A stretch of 33,809 nucleotides of DNA from Lentisphaeria bacterium (GCA_007130365.1 SLSR01000032.1:1-33809), one strand, 5' to 3'; positions 18,032 to 28,169 are shown, numbered from the stretch's first letter. Numbers and translations are program-made. The notes: generated by a model not told the origin, from the letters alone.

Positions 18032-19588
18032 TTATTGCAGACTAAGCTCGTCCTCGCCGAGTCTGAAGATATCCACGGTCTCTTCGCGGGTCTCCGGATC
18101 CTGAAAGGTGGGCAGGAAACGGTAATAGACCATCAGGCTCATCGCATTGAGCGTCGTGGTCATAACGTCGCTGCCCTGCCATCCCCCGGCTTCGGGATCG
18201 GGAGAGCCCCAGCTTCCGTCGGTTCGCTGATTGTCGACCAGGGTCGGCGCCAAGACATTGTGCCAGGGACGGAAATAGCGGGTGCCGGCATGAAACATCG
18301 CCTGCACCTGATAGTAGGCTTCGTAGGCCAGGCGGTCAGTGGCCTGGCTCCATTCCAGATTGCGGTTCTGTCGATATTCATCGATCAGCTCGAGCCCGCG
18401 CTGCACTTCGCGACTGCGTCCTTCGCCGAACAACTGCAAAGCGAGAACCCCGGCCCCATGCACTGCCGGACGGTTGCCGCCCGGACTGCTATAGCCGAAG
18501 CCGCGCTGCGAATGAAAGGTCACATTCTTCAGGAAGCTGACCCCCTTCTCGATCGCCTCGGCCAAGCCCTCGACCTCGGCTCCGGCCAGATAGCCGGCCT
18601 TGAGCGCCTGAAACTGCCAGCCGGAAACCGACAAGTCCCAGCGGTCGCCCTTGCGGTAGCCATAGTCGAAGCCGCCGTTGTCCTGCTGCCCGTCGACAAT
18701 TCGGCGCAAGGCCTCCTCCATAGCCGGCTTGATCACCGGCATCCGAGTCATCGCATAGGCCTCGGACAGGGCATAGGCCACAATGCCATTGGTGTAGGCG
18801 CCGCCGTGCGGGGTTCCGGGGTTGTAGCCGTTCTCCAGCACTTGATTGACCAGATAGCGAATGGCGCGCTGCACAGTCTCGCCGTATTCGTCGGAATTGG
18901 CCGGGGTTTCATTGTGGGCGAGGAAGGTAAGCACGCCCAGGCCGGTCATGGCGGCTCTTCCCGGGCCTGGACCCGGCCATGAACCATCGGCATTCTGGTT
19001 GTTCTTCAGCCAATCCAGGGCTTTGATCACGGTCGCCTCGATCCGCCGCGCCATCGGCCCGGCGTGCCGCCGCAAGGCCGCCTCGCGCTCGCCTTCGCCA
19101 CGACTGGCCATGACCCCGGGCAGGACGATCGGGCTGCGGGTATCGCGCACGCTGATTTCGGTGGCGAAATCGAAATCCAGATCGACCGCCGCCATGTCGT
19201 CGGCAAAATCGTCCACCGCCTCGGCCTCCATGGCATCGGCCTGAATGTCCGGCGGCTGAATTGTCGGCACCGCTTCATGCACCAATTCGGTCTCCAGCTC
19301 GCGGTCGAGCCGGTCGAGCAGCTCTTCGTCGAAGGGCTCAACTTCGAGGTCGCGCACTTCAAACTCGATTTCGGTGGTGGTGGCGACGATCTCGCGGCCG
19401 GCGAGGAAGAAGGCGAACAGGGCGATGACCACAATATGCAAGACCAGCGAAATCACCGGCCCGGTCAGGTGTTCGATCATCTGGCGCCGCCGATATTCCT
19501 CCAGGATTTGCTCGTAGGTCAGGAATTCCTCTGCCGCCGCGGCTTCCCGATTTTCGACCGCATCAATTTGACCTGGTTTATTGTTCAT
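18032..19588 (-). CDS. membrane-anchored protein: TonB-like N-terminal SxxxH transmembrane helix, acidic linker, and a prenyltransferase/squalene-oxidase-repeat (terpene-cyclase-like alpha/alpha toroid) domain
   Basis: ATG at 19588 with a GGAGG RBS. The TM helix is GPVISLVLHIVVIALFAFFLAG. The acidic linker is EVEPFDEELLDRLDRELE...DFADDMAAVDLDFDF. The C-terminal repeats (NADGSWPG, GGFDYGY...WDLSVSGWQFQALK, TDGSWGSP) are typical of the prenyltransferase/squalene-hopene-cyclase repeat family. Confidence 0.85.
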   Translation of the reverse strand: MNNKPGQIDAVENREAAAAEEFLTYEQILEEYRRRQMIEHLTGPVISLVLHIVVIALFAFFLAGREIVATTTEIEFEVRDLEVEPFDEELLDRLDRELETELVHEAVPTIQPPDIQADAMEAEAVDDFADDMAAVDLDFDFATEISVRDTRSPIVLPGVMASRGEGEREAALRRHAGPMARRIEATVIKALDWLKNNQNADGSWPGPGPGRAAMTGLGVLTFLAHNETPANSDEYGETVQRAIRYLVNQVLENGYNPGTPHGGAYTNGIVAYALSEAYAMTRMPVIKPAMEEALRRIVDGQQDNGGFDYGYRKGDRWDLSVSGWQFQALKAGYLAGAEVEGLAEAIEKGVSFLKNVTFHSQRGFGYSSPGGNRPAVHGAGVLALQLFGEGRSREVQRGLELIDEYRQNRNLEWSQATDRLAYEAYYQVQAMFHAGTRYFRPWHNVLAPTLVDNQRTDGSWGSPDPEAGGWQGSDVMTTTLNAMSLMVYYRFLPTFQDPETREETVDIFRLGEDELSLQ

Positions 19589-19725
19589 GTCTTTACCTCC
19601 TGGCGCCAAATGTCTCGCCGCCGATGGTGGTTATATATATACGCAAGGCTTCTATCCGATTAAACACCTATGCCACAAGATTGTTCCGCCCAACGCTGCC
19701 CCGACATGGCTCTTTTGCTTGCGGG

Positions 19726-20139
19726 CTATTCGAGAGTCATCACGTTGAGATTGGTAATATTGACCGAGCGGCAAATGTCGAGGATGGTGACCAGATTGCG
19801 AGTGGGTGCGTTGACATGGGTTTTGATCAATACGGTAATGTTTTGCGGATCGTTTTCCGTGGTCAGGGTGAGCAGGGCCCTTTGAATGCCCTCGGCTCCC
19901 ATCGGCCAGTTGCGAAAGAGAAACTGCTCGGGCAGCACGGTCAGCTCCAGGGGCGGGGTCGGTTCGGTTTCCCGAGGCGCGGCGTCGGGCGCCGGGAGAT
20001 TGACCTGCAAATGAGCCTCCGGAATCTCCTGGCGATAGGTCACGATAAAATAGATCAGCAGCAGAAAGACCACATCGATCATCGCCGACATGGGGATTTC
20101 GATTTTGCCGCCGCTTCGTTTTCGGTTGCTCAAAGCCAT
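19726..20139 (-). CDS. exbD: biopolymer transport protein ExbD/TolR
   Basis: 137 aa. A single N-terminal TM helix carries the conserved Asp (PMSAMIDVVFLLLIYFIV), followed by the ExbD periplasmic domain. GGAGA RBS. Confidence 0.88.
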   Translation of the reverse strand: MALSNRKRSGGKIEIPMSAMIDVVFLLLIYFIVTYRQEIPEAHLQVNLPAPDAAPRETEPTPPLELTVLPEQFLFRNWPMGAEGIQRALLTLTTENDPQNITVLIKTHVNAPTRNLVTILDICRSVNITNLNVMTLE

Positions 20140-20157
20140 CTTCGATTCTCCGTTCCG

Positions 20158-20574
20158 TCAAGGTTGACCGATCGCCGCCAAGCGGACTTTGTAAAAGCCG
20201 ACATTGGTGATCACGTCCTGCAAATCGGCGACATGGCGATAGTCCGCCCGTCCGTCGGCCCGGATCAGAATCGGCACTTCACCACCGTATTTGGTCATCG
20301 TGCTGTAGAGGATATTGCGGATCTGCCGCAGACTCATCGGCTGCCGGGCAATGTTGTAGTTGCCCTGATCCGTGACGTTGATAATCACCATCAGCGGATG
20401 CCGCCGCTCTTCGGCTCGCACACTGCGGGCGCGAGCAAGCTGAATCGTCTCGTCGATGATTTCGCTTTCGACAGCGGCGGTGACGACGAAGAAGATGATC
20501 AGCAGGAAGACCACGTCGATCAGCGAGGCCACCGGCGTTTCCAGGGATTCGCCTTCGTTTCTTTTCATAAACAA
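20158..20574 (-). CDS. exbD: biopolymer transport protein ExbD/TolR
   Basis: 138 aa. PVASLIDVVFLLIIFFVV is a TM helix with the conserved Asp. ILIRADGRADYRHVADLQDVI is the typical ExbD C-terminal motif. Confidence 0.9.
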   Translation of the reverse strand: MFMKRNEGESLETPVASLIDVVFLLIIFFVVTAAVESEIIDETIQLARARSVRAEERRHPLMVIINVTDQGNYNIARQPMSLRQIRNILYSTMTKYGGEVPILIRADGRADYRHVADLQDVITNVGFYKVRLAAIGQP

Positions 20575-20664
20575 GCTTCCTTGTCGGCGGTGAGAGAGAG
20601 CCGGTCGTCCCCGTGATTCCGCGTCCGAATACGGACTTCCTGGCCGGGGATCGGCCGTTTTATC

Positions 20665-21426
20665 CTATTCTTCGACTTCCGCGGTACGCAGGACTTTAAT
20701 CAAGTCCAGGGTGGTCGATTCGATTTCAAGCACCACGCGAGTCGCGTAGTTTTTGGCCAGGGTATAGGCGACCAGAGCCGGCACCGCGATAATCAGGCCG
20801 ATGGCGGTAGTCCACAGCGCGGTTGAAATCGACATGGCCAGAATCGTGGCGCGGGCGGCGCCGGTGGCCTCCGCCAGACCGCCAAAGGCCCGCACCATGC
20901 CGACCACGGTTCCGAGCAGTCCGAGCATGGGCGAGATCTGACCGCAGAGATTAAGGTAGTTGACTCGCTGCATAAGTTTTTCATTCTCCATTTCACCGGC
21001 CGACCCGATCGCCTCCTTGATCACTTCATAGCCCTCTGTAATGTTGGCGAAGGCGGCCATCAGAATATTGGAAAGCGAACCCGGGTTGGCTTCGCAGGAC
21101 TCGATCGCCGCGTCGAGATCGCCGCCGTTCAACGACTCCCGCACGCCGTCGACCAATTCATCCGGAATCAGCTTGTCGCGCTTGATCGAGATGATCGCGT
21201 CGATGATCAAGGCGATAGTGGAAATTGAAACCAAAAAAATCAGGCACCAGATCAAAAGGTTGACCAGCGAATCGCCATAGACAATATCGATGAACCCGGG
21301 CGCCTGGGTAACGGTTTCCCCTTCTGCCGCAGCCATGGGTTCCTGGGCCAGGGCGACCCCGCTAAACAGCAGAACGACTCCGGCCGTCCAGGCCTTGGCA
21401 CTGACAGATCGCAGATATTCAGTCAT
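20665..21426 (-). CDS. exbB: MotA/TolQ/ExbB proton-channel protein
   Basis: The C-terminal half (ISPMLGLLGTVVGMVRAFG...AMSISTALWTTAIGLIIAVPALVAY) is the MotA/TolQ/ExbB channel signature. There is an N-terminal signal-like segment. I prefer the ATG at 21426 (AGGA RBS); the ORF is open up to 21510. Confidence 0.88.
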   Translation of the reverse strand: MTEYLRSVSAKAWTAGVVLLFSGVALAQEPMAAAEGETVTQAPGFIDIVYGDSLVNLLIWCLIFLVSISTIALIIDAIISIKRDKLIPDELVDGVRESLNGGDLDAAIESCEANPGSLSNILMAAFANITEGYEVIKEAIGSAGEMENEKLMQRVNYLNLCGQISPMLGLLGTVVGMVRAFGGLAEATGAARATILAMSISTALWTTAIGLIIAVPALVAYTLAKNYATRVVLEIESTTLDLIKVLRTAEVEE

Positions 21427-21535
21427 AATAGTTCCTATCCTTTCTTTCTTTCTTTGTTTCATTGTCGCTTGACAACCTGCTCCCTCGACCGCGCCGACCA
21501 AAGGGTTCAAAACTAAAAACTAACGAGCCATGGCC

Positions 21536-22288
21536 TCAATCAAGCTGCCTGATTCGGTCGTAGGCCGGATCGCCCCTTTCCTCGAGCAAGGCCAGCAGGC
21601 GTTGCTTGGCGTCTTCGCGAATCTCCCGCAGCTCGCCTTGCGGTTCAAACAGCAGGACGGCCTTGAGGAACTCGAGAATCGCTTCGTCGGCGCGCTGCTG
21701 GCGAGCCAGCATCCGCCCCTTGGCGGCAAAGGAGAAAGCCGCGATGCGCGGGCTGTCGGCCGTCTTCAGTTCGGCCAGGATTTCGCTCGCCTCCTGATCC
21801 CGGCGCAATTCCAGCAGAGCCTTTGTCTTGCCCATTTTAATTGACTCGCGCTCCTCTTCGCTGATCGCGAAACTTTCGGCCGTACTGAAGGAGGAAAGCG
21901 CGGCTTCCGGCTGTTCCCGACTCAGTTCGGCCTCGCCTTTCCAATAGTACAGCCTGCCGCCCCAGCCGAGATAGCGGTACTGGCTGAAGACCGGCTGCAC
22001 ATTGTCGAGAAAGCGGCCGTAATCGCCACGGTTGAACAATTCTTCGAGCGCGGCCACCCGGTCCGGCTTCGGCACGAAGGCGAAGCGATAGTCGTTGCGC
22101 CGAATCGTGCTGATCGCGCCATCGCCGAGTTCAACCCGCAAATCGCCCTGTTCATTGGCCGTGATGTTTTCAGCCTCGACCCTGCGGCCGCCGCGGTCGA
22201 CATAAAAAGGCCGCTGCTGGGCATGGCTCGCGAGCGCGGCCACAGTCAAGACTATGGCGAGCAATTTCCGGCAGATATTCTTTTTCAT
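21536..22288 (-). CDS. secreted protein with a TPR-like helical C-terminal half
   Basis: Signal peptide MKKNICRKLLAIVLTVAALASHA|QQ. ATG at 22288, with GGAG upstream. The helical repeats are not assigned to any family. Confidence 0.7.
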   Translation of the reverse strand: MKKNICRKLLAIVLTVAALASHAQQRPFYVDRGGRRVEAENITANEQGDLRVELGDGAISTIRRNDYRFAFVPKPDRVAALEELFNRGDYGRFLDNVQPVFSQYRYLGWGGRLYYWKGEAELSREQPEAALSSFSTAESFAISEEERESIKMGKTKALLELRRDQEASEILAELKTADSPRIAAFSFAAKGRMLARQQRADEAILEFLKAVLLFEPQGELREIREDAKQRLLALLEERGDPAYDRIRQLD

Positions 22289-22357
22289 GGATCCCACTCC
22301 GAGTGTCTGATTAAGATTTACACTACCGCCAATTCAGGCGAAAATTTCGCAACTGCT

Positions 22358-25300
22358 TCAATATCTTGGCGCGGGCAGGGTGTTGATCCGAGCCAGATAC
22401 TGACCTTGCGGAAAGAGCCGACGATATTCGTTGACCAGCAGATCCCGGCGCTCCTGATTGCCGAGCAAGGCATGACACAGGGCGCTGCGATAAATCGCCT
22501 CCTCGACAAACGGCCGAACCGCCGGATCGTCGAGGTCGGCCATAATCGTCACCTCCCCGCCACCGGCCATGACCAGCATGCTGAATTGAGACAAAGCTCG
22601 GCGCAGGCCGACCGCTCCCAGGGCTTCATTCATCATCAGGGTTTTGCCGAATTCAATCAAGGCCTCGTTCTTCAAGGCCTCGTCCTGCGCGAACCGGACA
22701 ATTTCGCCCAGGGCTCGTTCGGCCTTGCCGAAATCGGGCGGATCGGCGGCACGGGCCGCCTGCGCGATATTCATTTGAACCTGGAAGAAATATGCGGTGC
22801 GCTGGTTGGCCGCGAGCAGTTGCTCGGCAAGCTGCACCGCCTGTTGATACTCCTCTGCCTGCAAAGCGGCGGTCGAGGCGCGATAGAGCAGGCGCTCCCG
22901 GTAGCGTCCCTGTTCGCCAAGCAATTCAGGATAGTCCGGATGTTCTGGATCTTCGGCCCGCGCCAGCAATTCTCGATAGGCCTGCAAGCTTAATTGTGCG
23001 CCTTCCGCGACCAGGCTCTGGCGCGCGATATACTCCAGGTTGCCCGCGCTTTGCTCGGCAAACCGGTCCTCGATCCTTTGGAAAGTGGCGATCGCCTCGG
23101 CTCCCCGTCCAGCTTCGAACTGAGCCCGCCCCAAGTCGAAAATAGCGTTCGCGGTGGCTTCGTGGTCGGGGAAGCGCGAAGCCAGCCGATTCAAAAACTC
23201 GACCGCATTATCGTATTCCTCCAGTTCAAGGTAGATCGAACCGATGCGCGCCATGTGGCTTGGGACATAGTTGGAATTCGGATGGCTTTCCAGGAATTTC
23301 TTGAACTGCTCCAGGGCTTCTCTTTTCTTTTCCTTCAGTTCGGCAAACAATGGTTCGCGCCGGTCGGTCAGCTCGGCAATGCTCTCCTGCCAGCCCTCGA
23401 TCCTGTCGTTCGCACCCTGAATCTGGTCGGTCGCGCGCTCAGCCAAAAATTCAGCCTTCTCGGTTCGGCTGTCCCGAAGCCTGCCGAACTGCTCGTTCAC
23501 GGCCTGAACCAGGCCTTCATAGTCTTGGTCGGCCAGCTTTGCCTCGCGCTGTTCCGGGGCTTGCTCCAAAGCTTCGACTTGAGCTTGCAGCACCGCGATG
23601 CCGGCACCATAGGCGTCAAGCCTGTCTTCCACAATCTGCCGTTCGAATGCAAGCCGGCGTTTTTCCTCCTGCAGCCGCGGAATGGCCGCCGTGCTCTCCT
23701 CGACTTGCCGCTGGGCAATCTCCAGTCGTTCCCGCAGCTCCTCGATTCTCGGCGCCGCCTGCCGCCGCCGCTCCTCATATTCCTGCCGCCGATTTTGCAG
23801 ACTGCGATTGCGCTCGGTGATTCTTTGCTCCGCCAACTCCAGCAACTGTCGAGCCCGTTCACGAGCCGCCGGATCGGGATGGCCGCGAGCCGCCGCCGCC
23901 GCCTGCTCGCGCCGTTCTTGCAGTTCTTCGATTTCCCGCTCCAATTCTTCCAGACCCCGCCGCCGCTCGCGCAACGGCTCTTCCGCCTCCTCAAGCAAGG
24001 TTTGCGCCTGCTCCTCTTCCTCCTCGGCCTGCGCGAGTTGCTGCCGATGATTCTCGAGCCTCTCTTGCGTTGCCGCGATTTCCTCTTCGCTTTCAGCCAA
24101 CCGCCGCCGCTGCTGTCGCCGCTCTTCCTCCCAGTCCTCGATTTCACCTCGACGATTGTCCAGTTCGCGCTGCCGATACTGGCGACCCAGTTCACGGGCC
24201 CTTTGCCTGATCGGAGCCAGAGTTCGTTCGCGGTCTTCAGGGGAAAGCTCGCGCAATTCCGCTTCCGGCAGCATCAGTTCGTCCAAGGCCATGGCCTCCG
24301 GCTGCGGCAAGTCCGCCAGCAAAGTCTGCTGCAAGTTCGCGAAATCCTCGCGGGCTTCCGCGATTTCGCCTTCCGCCTGATCCTGGATGACTTGCGCCTC
24401 CCGGCTTTGCGCCCGGGCTGCGGCGATCAACTGCTCAAAGCGCTCGATTTCACGGTCGATCTCGCGCAATTGCGGCCGCCTGGTTTCCGCCACCAGGTCA
24501 TAGCTCCAGGCCAGGTAGTTGGCGGCGTCTTCCCGGATGCGCCGCGCGACCTCCGACTCCATATCAAGCCCGCCGGGGCTGCCTTGATACCACGCAAGCA
24601 ATTGCCGCAATTCCGGAATCGCCCGCTGCGGGCTGTCGGAGAGCATCCACTGTTCGCCGGCATGCAGTTTGGCACGCAATCGGTCGTCGCTGAAGGCGGG
24701 CGCGGTTTCCAGTTGGCTATAGCGGGAGAACAGCTCGGCGGCCTGCAGCCTTTCGTCGATATTGTAGTAGACCCAGCCCAGCTTGTAGAGCGAGCGAATG
24801 CCGTTGGGGGTGGCCGGAAAGCGCTCCAGCATGCGTTCGTAAAAGGGAATGCTGCGACGAAAGGCCTGACGCGCCAATTCATTCAGCTCCTCGCGTTCTG
24901 CCCGGGTCTCGCCGCCTCGGGCTTTCTGCACCAGATTCAGAGCCTGCGAATAGTAGTACTCGGCAACAAAAAAGGCTATGTCGGCGGCTCGGCCATGGCC
25001 GGGCGCAATGTCGACGAAGCGATCCCAGACGGACATGGCAAAGTCGGTCAGCATCGCCTTCTGCTCTTCGTCCTCTAGTTCGCGAGCATGCTGAAAAAGG
25101 AAACGCCCGGCCTGCAGCATGGCGTTGCCGGCCGCCTCGGCTTCGGGAAAGGCGTCGGCCAGGTAGGACGCGACGGCCATGGCCTCAAGAAAGCGCTGGC
25201 TTCTGCCATACGATATAACCAGGCGCTCGGCACTGTTGACCACGTTGCGATGGCGCCGCCCCAGCCGAAGAACCTCCAGATACAACGGTATCGCCTCTTC

Positions 25301-26494
25301 GAACCTTCCGGCATTGTACAATCGGTCGGCCTCCTGAATTTTCATCGGCAGCCCGGTGGCAACACCGGTGACCGGCGGCGGCAGGGAGCCGTCGAAATGC
25401 TCCTGCATCAAACGGTCGAGATGGCCATAGCGCATCAGGGCGCGGTCGGCAAGGGAGGAATCCGGATAGCGTTCCAGCAAGCGGCGATTGTAGAAGGCGG
25501 CGGCCCGCAACCAGGCTTGTCGCGCCTGATCCCGACGATTTCGCCGCATATGCTCGGCTCCAGTCAGTTCATAGGCGCGAGCGTAGTAGTAAAAGGCGGA
25601 AGGCACCGGCGACGGAGCGTCCGGCTGTCTTGACTCAAGCATGGCGGCGGCTTCACTGATCGACTGCAGTAACTCAATTGCCGACTGCGGCTCACCCAGC
25701 AGAATGCGGCCGCGGGCGGCCTGAATAAAGGCCTGCACGGTTATCCGCTGCTGACCGCCGTGCCGCCATTGAACATCCAGCAATTGCTCTATTTGCTGCT
25801 CGATCAATGGCCGGTCGATCGACCGTTCCGCCTCAAGCCGATTTTCCATCGCGGTAAAGATCGCGTCCGCCACCGTCACCGCCAACCCGTCCGGATCCGG
25901 CGCTTCGTCTTCCGGGAGGTTTCTCAACAGGCCAAGGATATTGCCGGCGGCCTGCGCCTCGCCCGTCTCAATCTTGGTTTGCGCATAGTAGAGGACGGCT
26001 TCGCGGAAGGCTTCTACGTCGGCCGGCTGACTGCTTACCGGGCGGTCGACTTCGTCGAAGTAGGCCTGATAGGCTTCGGCCGCCGTCGTCAAGTCGCCTC
26101 GCTGGATGGCCTGCTGCGCACGCAACAAGGCGGCGCCGTTATAAAACGGACTGCTTTCGGGAATCCTGGCCAAGGCCTCTTCCGCCTGCCGCCGCCTGCC
26201 GCGGGCAAAATTAAACCGGGCGGTCGCATAATGAATGTGATCGGCCTGGTCGGGATAGCGCTCGAGGAGCAGGTCGATATGCAGCAGGGCATAGTTGACC
26301 AAATCGACCCGGTTCAAGGCGTCGATCAATTGCAGGTCGTAGCTGAACTGGTCGATTTCAGCTTGCGCCCGGTAAATTGGCGTCAACCATAGAGCGGCCA
26401 CCAGCCCGAGCCAGCCAAGGCGGACAAGGCATGAAAAGAAAAAATGGTTGCGATGAGCCATCAGGATGCATTCCTGTTCTTGTCGCAGTCTCAT
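22358..26494 (-). CDS. giant TPR-repeat protein with a ~400-aa central E/R/Q-rich coiled coil
   Basis: About 1378 aa. It has an N-terminal signal or anchor ([28 protein letters not shown]|E) and TPR-like blocks on both sides of the coiled coil (about nt 23500-24450). The C-terminal blocks resemble YbgF/CpoB-type TPRs ([42 protein letters not shown]). The start is uncertain (26494 ATG, 26497 TTG or 26461 ATG). Confidence 0.85.
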   Translation of the reverse strand: MRLRQEQECILMAHRNHFFFSCLVRLGWLGLVAALWLTPIYRAQAEIDQFSYDLQLIDALNRVDLVNYALLHIDLLLERYPDQADHIHYATARFNFARGRRRQAEEALARIPESSPFYNGAALLRAQQAIQRGDLTTAAEAYQAYFDEVDRPVSSQPADVEAFREAVLYYAQTKIETGEAQAAGNILGLLRNLPEDEAPDPDGLAVTVADAIFTAMENRLEAERSIDRPLIEQQIEQLLDVQWRHGGQQRITVQAFIQAARGRILLGEPQSAIELLQSISEAAAMLESRQPDAPSPVPSAFYYYARAYELTGAEHMRRNRRDQARQAWLRAAAFYNRRLLERYPDSSLADRALMRYGHLDRLMQEHFDGSLPPPVTGVATGLPMKIQEADRLYNAGRFEEAIPLYLEVLRLGRRHRNVVNSAERLVISYGRSQRFLEAMAVASYLADAFPEAEAAGNAMLQAGRFLFQHARELEDEEQKAMLTDFAMSVWDRFVDIAPGHGRAADIAFFVAEYYYSQALNLVQKARGGETRAEREELNELARQAFRRSIPFYERMLERFPATPNGIRSLYKLGWVYYNIDERLQAAELFSRYSQLETAPAFSDDRLRAKLHAGEQWMLSDSPQRAIPELRQLLAWYQGSPGGLDMESEVARRIREDAANYLAWSYDLVAETRRPQLREIDREIERFEQLIAAARAQSREAQVIQDQAEGEIAEAREDFANLQQTLLADLPQPEAMALDELMLPEAELRELSPEDRERTLAPIRQRARELGRQYRQRELDNRRGEIEDWEEERRQQRRRLAESEEEIAATQERLENHRQQLAQAEEEEEQAQTLLEEAEEPLRERRRGLEELEREIEELQERREQAAAAARGHPDPAARERARQLLELAEQRITERNRSLQNRRQEYEERRRQAAPRIEELRERLEIAQRQVEESTAAIPRLQEEKRRLAFERQIVEDRLDAYGAGIAVLQAQVEALEQAPEQREAKLADQDYEGLVQAVNEQFGRLRDSRTEKAEFLAERATDQIQGANDRIEGWQESIAELTDRREPLFAELKEKKREALEQFKKFLESHPNSNYVPSHMARIGSIYLELEEYDNAVEFLNRLASRFPDHEATANAIFDLGRAQFEAGRGAEAIATFQRIEDRFAEQSAGNLEYIARQSLVAEGAQLSLQAYRELLARAEDPEHPDYPELLGEQGRYRERLLYRASTAALQAEEYQQAVQLAEQLLAANQRTAYFFQVQMNIAQAARAADPPDFGKAERALGEIVRFAQDEALKNEALIEFGKTLMMNEALGAVGLRRALSQFSMLVMAGGGEVTIMADLDDPAVRPFVEEAIYRSALCHALLGNQERRDLLVNEYRRLFPQGQYLARINTLPAPRY

Positions 26495-26529
26495 CAATGG
26501 AACAAGGCTGAAACCAATTTGGCTTGTTT

Positions 26530-26550
26530 CCCATGTCAGTCTGACATGGG
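26530..26550. other. perfect 10-bp inverted repeat (CCCATGTCAG-T-CTGACATGGG)
   Basis: Read directly from the sequence. It lies between the 3' end of tRNA-Pro and the start of the giant TPR gene. It could be a tRNA 3' processing or terminator hairpin, or an operator. No U-tract follows. Confidence 0.4.
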
Positions 26551-26572
26551 GTTGAATCAGAAGGATGAAAAA

Positions 26573-26649
26573 TGGTCGGGGCGAGAGGATTTGAACCTCC
26601 GGCCTCTGCGTCCCGAACGCAGCGCTCTGCCAGACTGAGCCACGCCCCG
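26573..26649 (-). tRNA. tRNA-Pro (anticodon CGG), CCA encoded
   Basis: The reverse complement folds by hand as CGGGGCG-TG-GCTC-AGTCTGGCA-GAGC-G-CTGCG-TTCGGGA-CGCAG-AGGCC-GGAGG-TTCAAAT-CCTCT-CGCCCCG-A-CCA. 77 nt, with anticodon loop U-CGG-G (G37) and a GTTCAAAT T-loop. Confidence 0.93.
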
Positions 26650-26706
26650 CTTTTTTCCCATCGACTTCGACCGAGGAAAACTGTCTTGTTTCGACCTTGC
26701 TCGTCT

Positions 26707-26734
26707 AATATAGTTCCCGTGCCTGCCAATGCAA
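26707..26734 (-). promoter_or_regulatory. candidate sigma-70 promoter for tRNA-Pro
   Basis: Minus strand: TTGCAT (26734-26729), 16 nt, TATATT (26712-26707). It lies about 55 nt upstream of the tRNA 5' end. Confidence 0.35.
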
Positions 26735-26836
26735 GCAACTGCCGCCGCCGTCAAAGCGTCATCAAGGGATGAAGACACCATACCGATTGGAGAAGATTCG
26801 AGCCTGCGAGTATCGCAACGACCTGCGGAACCTGCC

Positions 26837-28102
26837 CTACACGCCGCCCAACTGATCGATCAAGCCGATCAGCGGCAGGAACATGGCGATCACAATCGTG
26901 CCCACGATAACCGCCAGAAACACAATCATGATCGGCTCCAGCAAAGAGGTGAGGGCGTCGACCGCGCGATCCACCTCCTCTTCATAGACGTCGGCGATTC
27001 GATTCAGCATTTCCGGCAGCGAGCCGGTTTCCTCGCCGACTTCGACCATGCTGAGAACAATTACCGGGAAAACCCCGGAAGCCTCCATCGGCCGGGTCAT
27101 GCTCTCGCCTTCCTTGACCGCATCATGAACCGACTGGGTGGCGCGCGCGATCACCTCGTTGCCGGAAGTTTCCTTGACAATCTGCAAGGCCTGCAACACC
27201 GAAACTCCGGAATTCATCAGCGTGCCCAGAGTACGGCAAAGACGAGCCACCGAAGCGCGCACCGTCAATTGATTGACCGGCGGCATTTTCAGCAGCAGCC
27301 AATCAAAGGCAAAAGAGCCGCTTTTGCTCTTTTTGATCATCTTAATCGCGACGAAAAGGAGAACCATCGCAATAATCACGATCAGCCCATGGTCGCGGAT
27401 CGCATAGCTGGCCGCCATCACCAATTGGGTCAGGCCGGGCAGCTCCGCGCCATCCAGCATTTCGGAGAAGATTTCGGCGAACTGCGGAACCACAAAGTAC
27501 ATCAGGCCGGTGGTAATCGCGCCGGCGATCACCAGAACCGCGATCGGATAGGCGAGGGCGGACTTGACCCGCCCCGCGATTCTCTGCGCCTTCTCCATGA
27601 AGGTGGCCAGCCTTTCCAGCGAGGTTTCCAGCTCGCCGGAGGCTTCGCCGGCCCGCACCATGTTGACGTAGAGCTTGTTGAAGGTCTTGGAATGCTTGGC
27701 CAGGGATTCGGAAAAGTTGGTGCCGCCCTCGACCGAGTCGGCGAGATCGCCGATCACCCGCATGGTGCCGACATCCTTCTTGGACTGCCTCTCGAGAGTG
27801 CGCAAAGCCCGCACCAGGGGCAGCCCGGAATGCAGCAGGGTGGCCAGTTGCCGCGTGAAGGTGCCCAGCTTCTTTTTCTTGATCACCGGAGTGCCCAGGA
27901 CCATGCCGCCGCCCTTTTTGGCGGAGCCGCGCCGGGTGGCGGCACGGCCGCGCCCGGTTTTGCCGGAGGATTGTTTGAGGTTGGTCGGCAGCATGCCCAT
28001 TTGCTTGAGCTTGGCCGCCGCCTCCTGCTGGTTCGGAGCCTCGATTCTCCCGCGCTTTTCGTTGCCCTGACCATCCATTGCTGTATAAAGAAAGACCGGC
28101 AT
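26837..28102 (-). CDS. pilC: type IV pilus / type II secretion platform protein (PilC/GspF family)
   Basis: N-terminus MPVFLYTAMDGQGNEKRGRIEA, and two GspF repeats (FTRQLATLLHSGLPLVRAL; LCRTLGTLMNSGVSVLQAL). ATG at 28102, with GGGAGA 6 nt upstream; the track start is 28129. Confidence 0.92.
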   Translation of the reverse strand: MPVFLYTAMDGQGNEKRGRIEAPNQQEAAAKLKQMGMLPTNLKQSSGKTGRGRAATRRGSAKKGGGMVLGTPVIKKKKLGTFTRQLATLLHSGLPLVRALRTLERQSKKDVGTMRVIGDLADSVEGGTNFSESLAKHSKTFNKLYVNMVRAGEASGELETSLERLATFMEKAQRIAGRVKSALAYPIAVLVIAGAITTGLMYFVVPQFAEIFSEMLDGAELPGLTQLVMAASYAIRDHGLIVIIAMVLLFVAIKMIKKSKSGSFAFDWLLLKMPPVNQLTVRASVARLCRTLGTLMNSGVSVLQALQIVKETSGNEVIARATQSVHDAVKEGESMTRPMEASGVFPVIVLSMVEVGEETGSLPEMLNRIADVYEEEVDRAVDALTSLLEPIMIVFLAVIVGTIVIAMFLPLIGLIDQLGGV

Positions 28103-28169
28103 TATTAATTCTCCCGAGAGTTTGTTCAAGCCATTGTTTTATTGGTTTTGATCTTCATCGACAATCAGG

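Noticed and set aside
22994-25078. 694-aa plus-strand ORF, and other ORFs of 100-230 aa, antisense or out of frame over the giant TPR gene
   Set aside because: They are by-products of the E/R/Q-rich repetitive coding. Their translations are L/R/P/Q-rich low complexity, with no start context.
26573-26836. tRNA-Pro as an integration site for a mobile element
   Set aside because: There is no integrase and no partial tRNA 3'-end duplicate in the window. The flanking genes are ordinary envelope and pilus genes.
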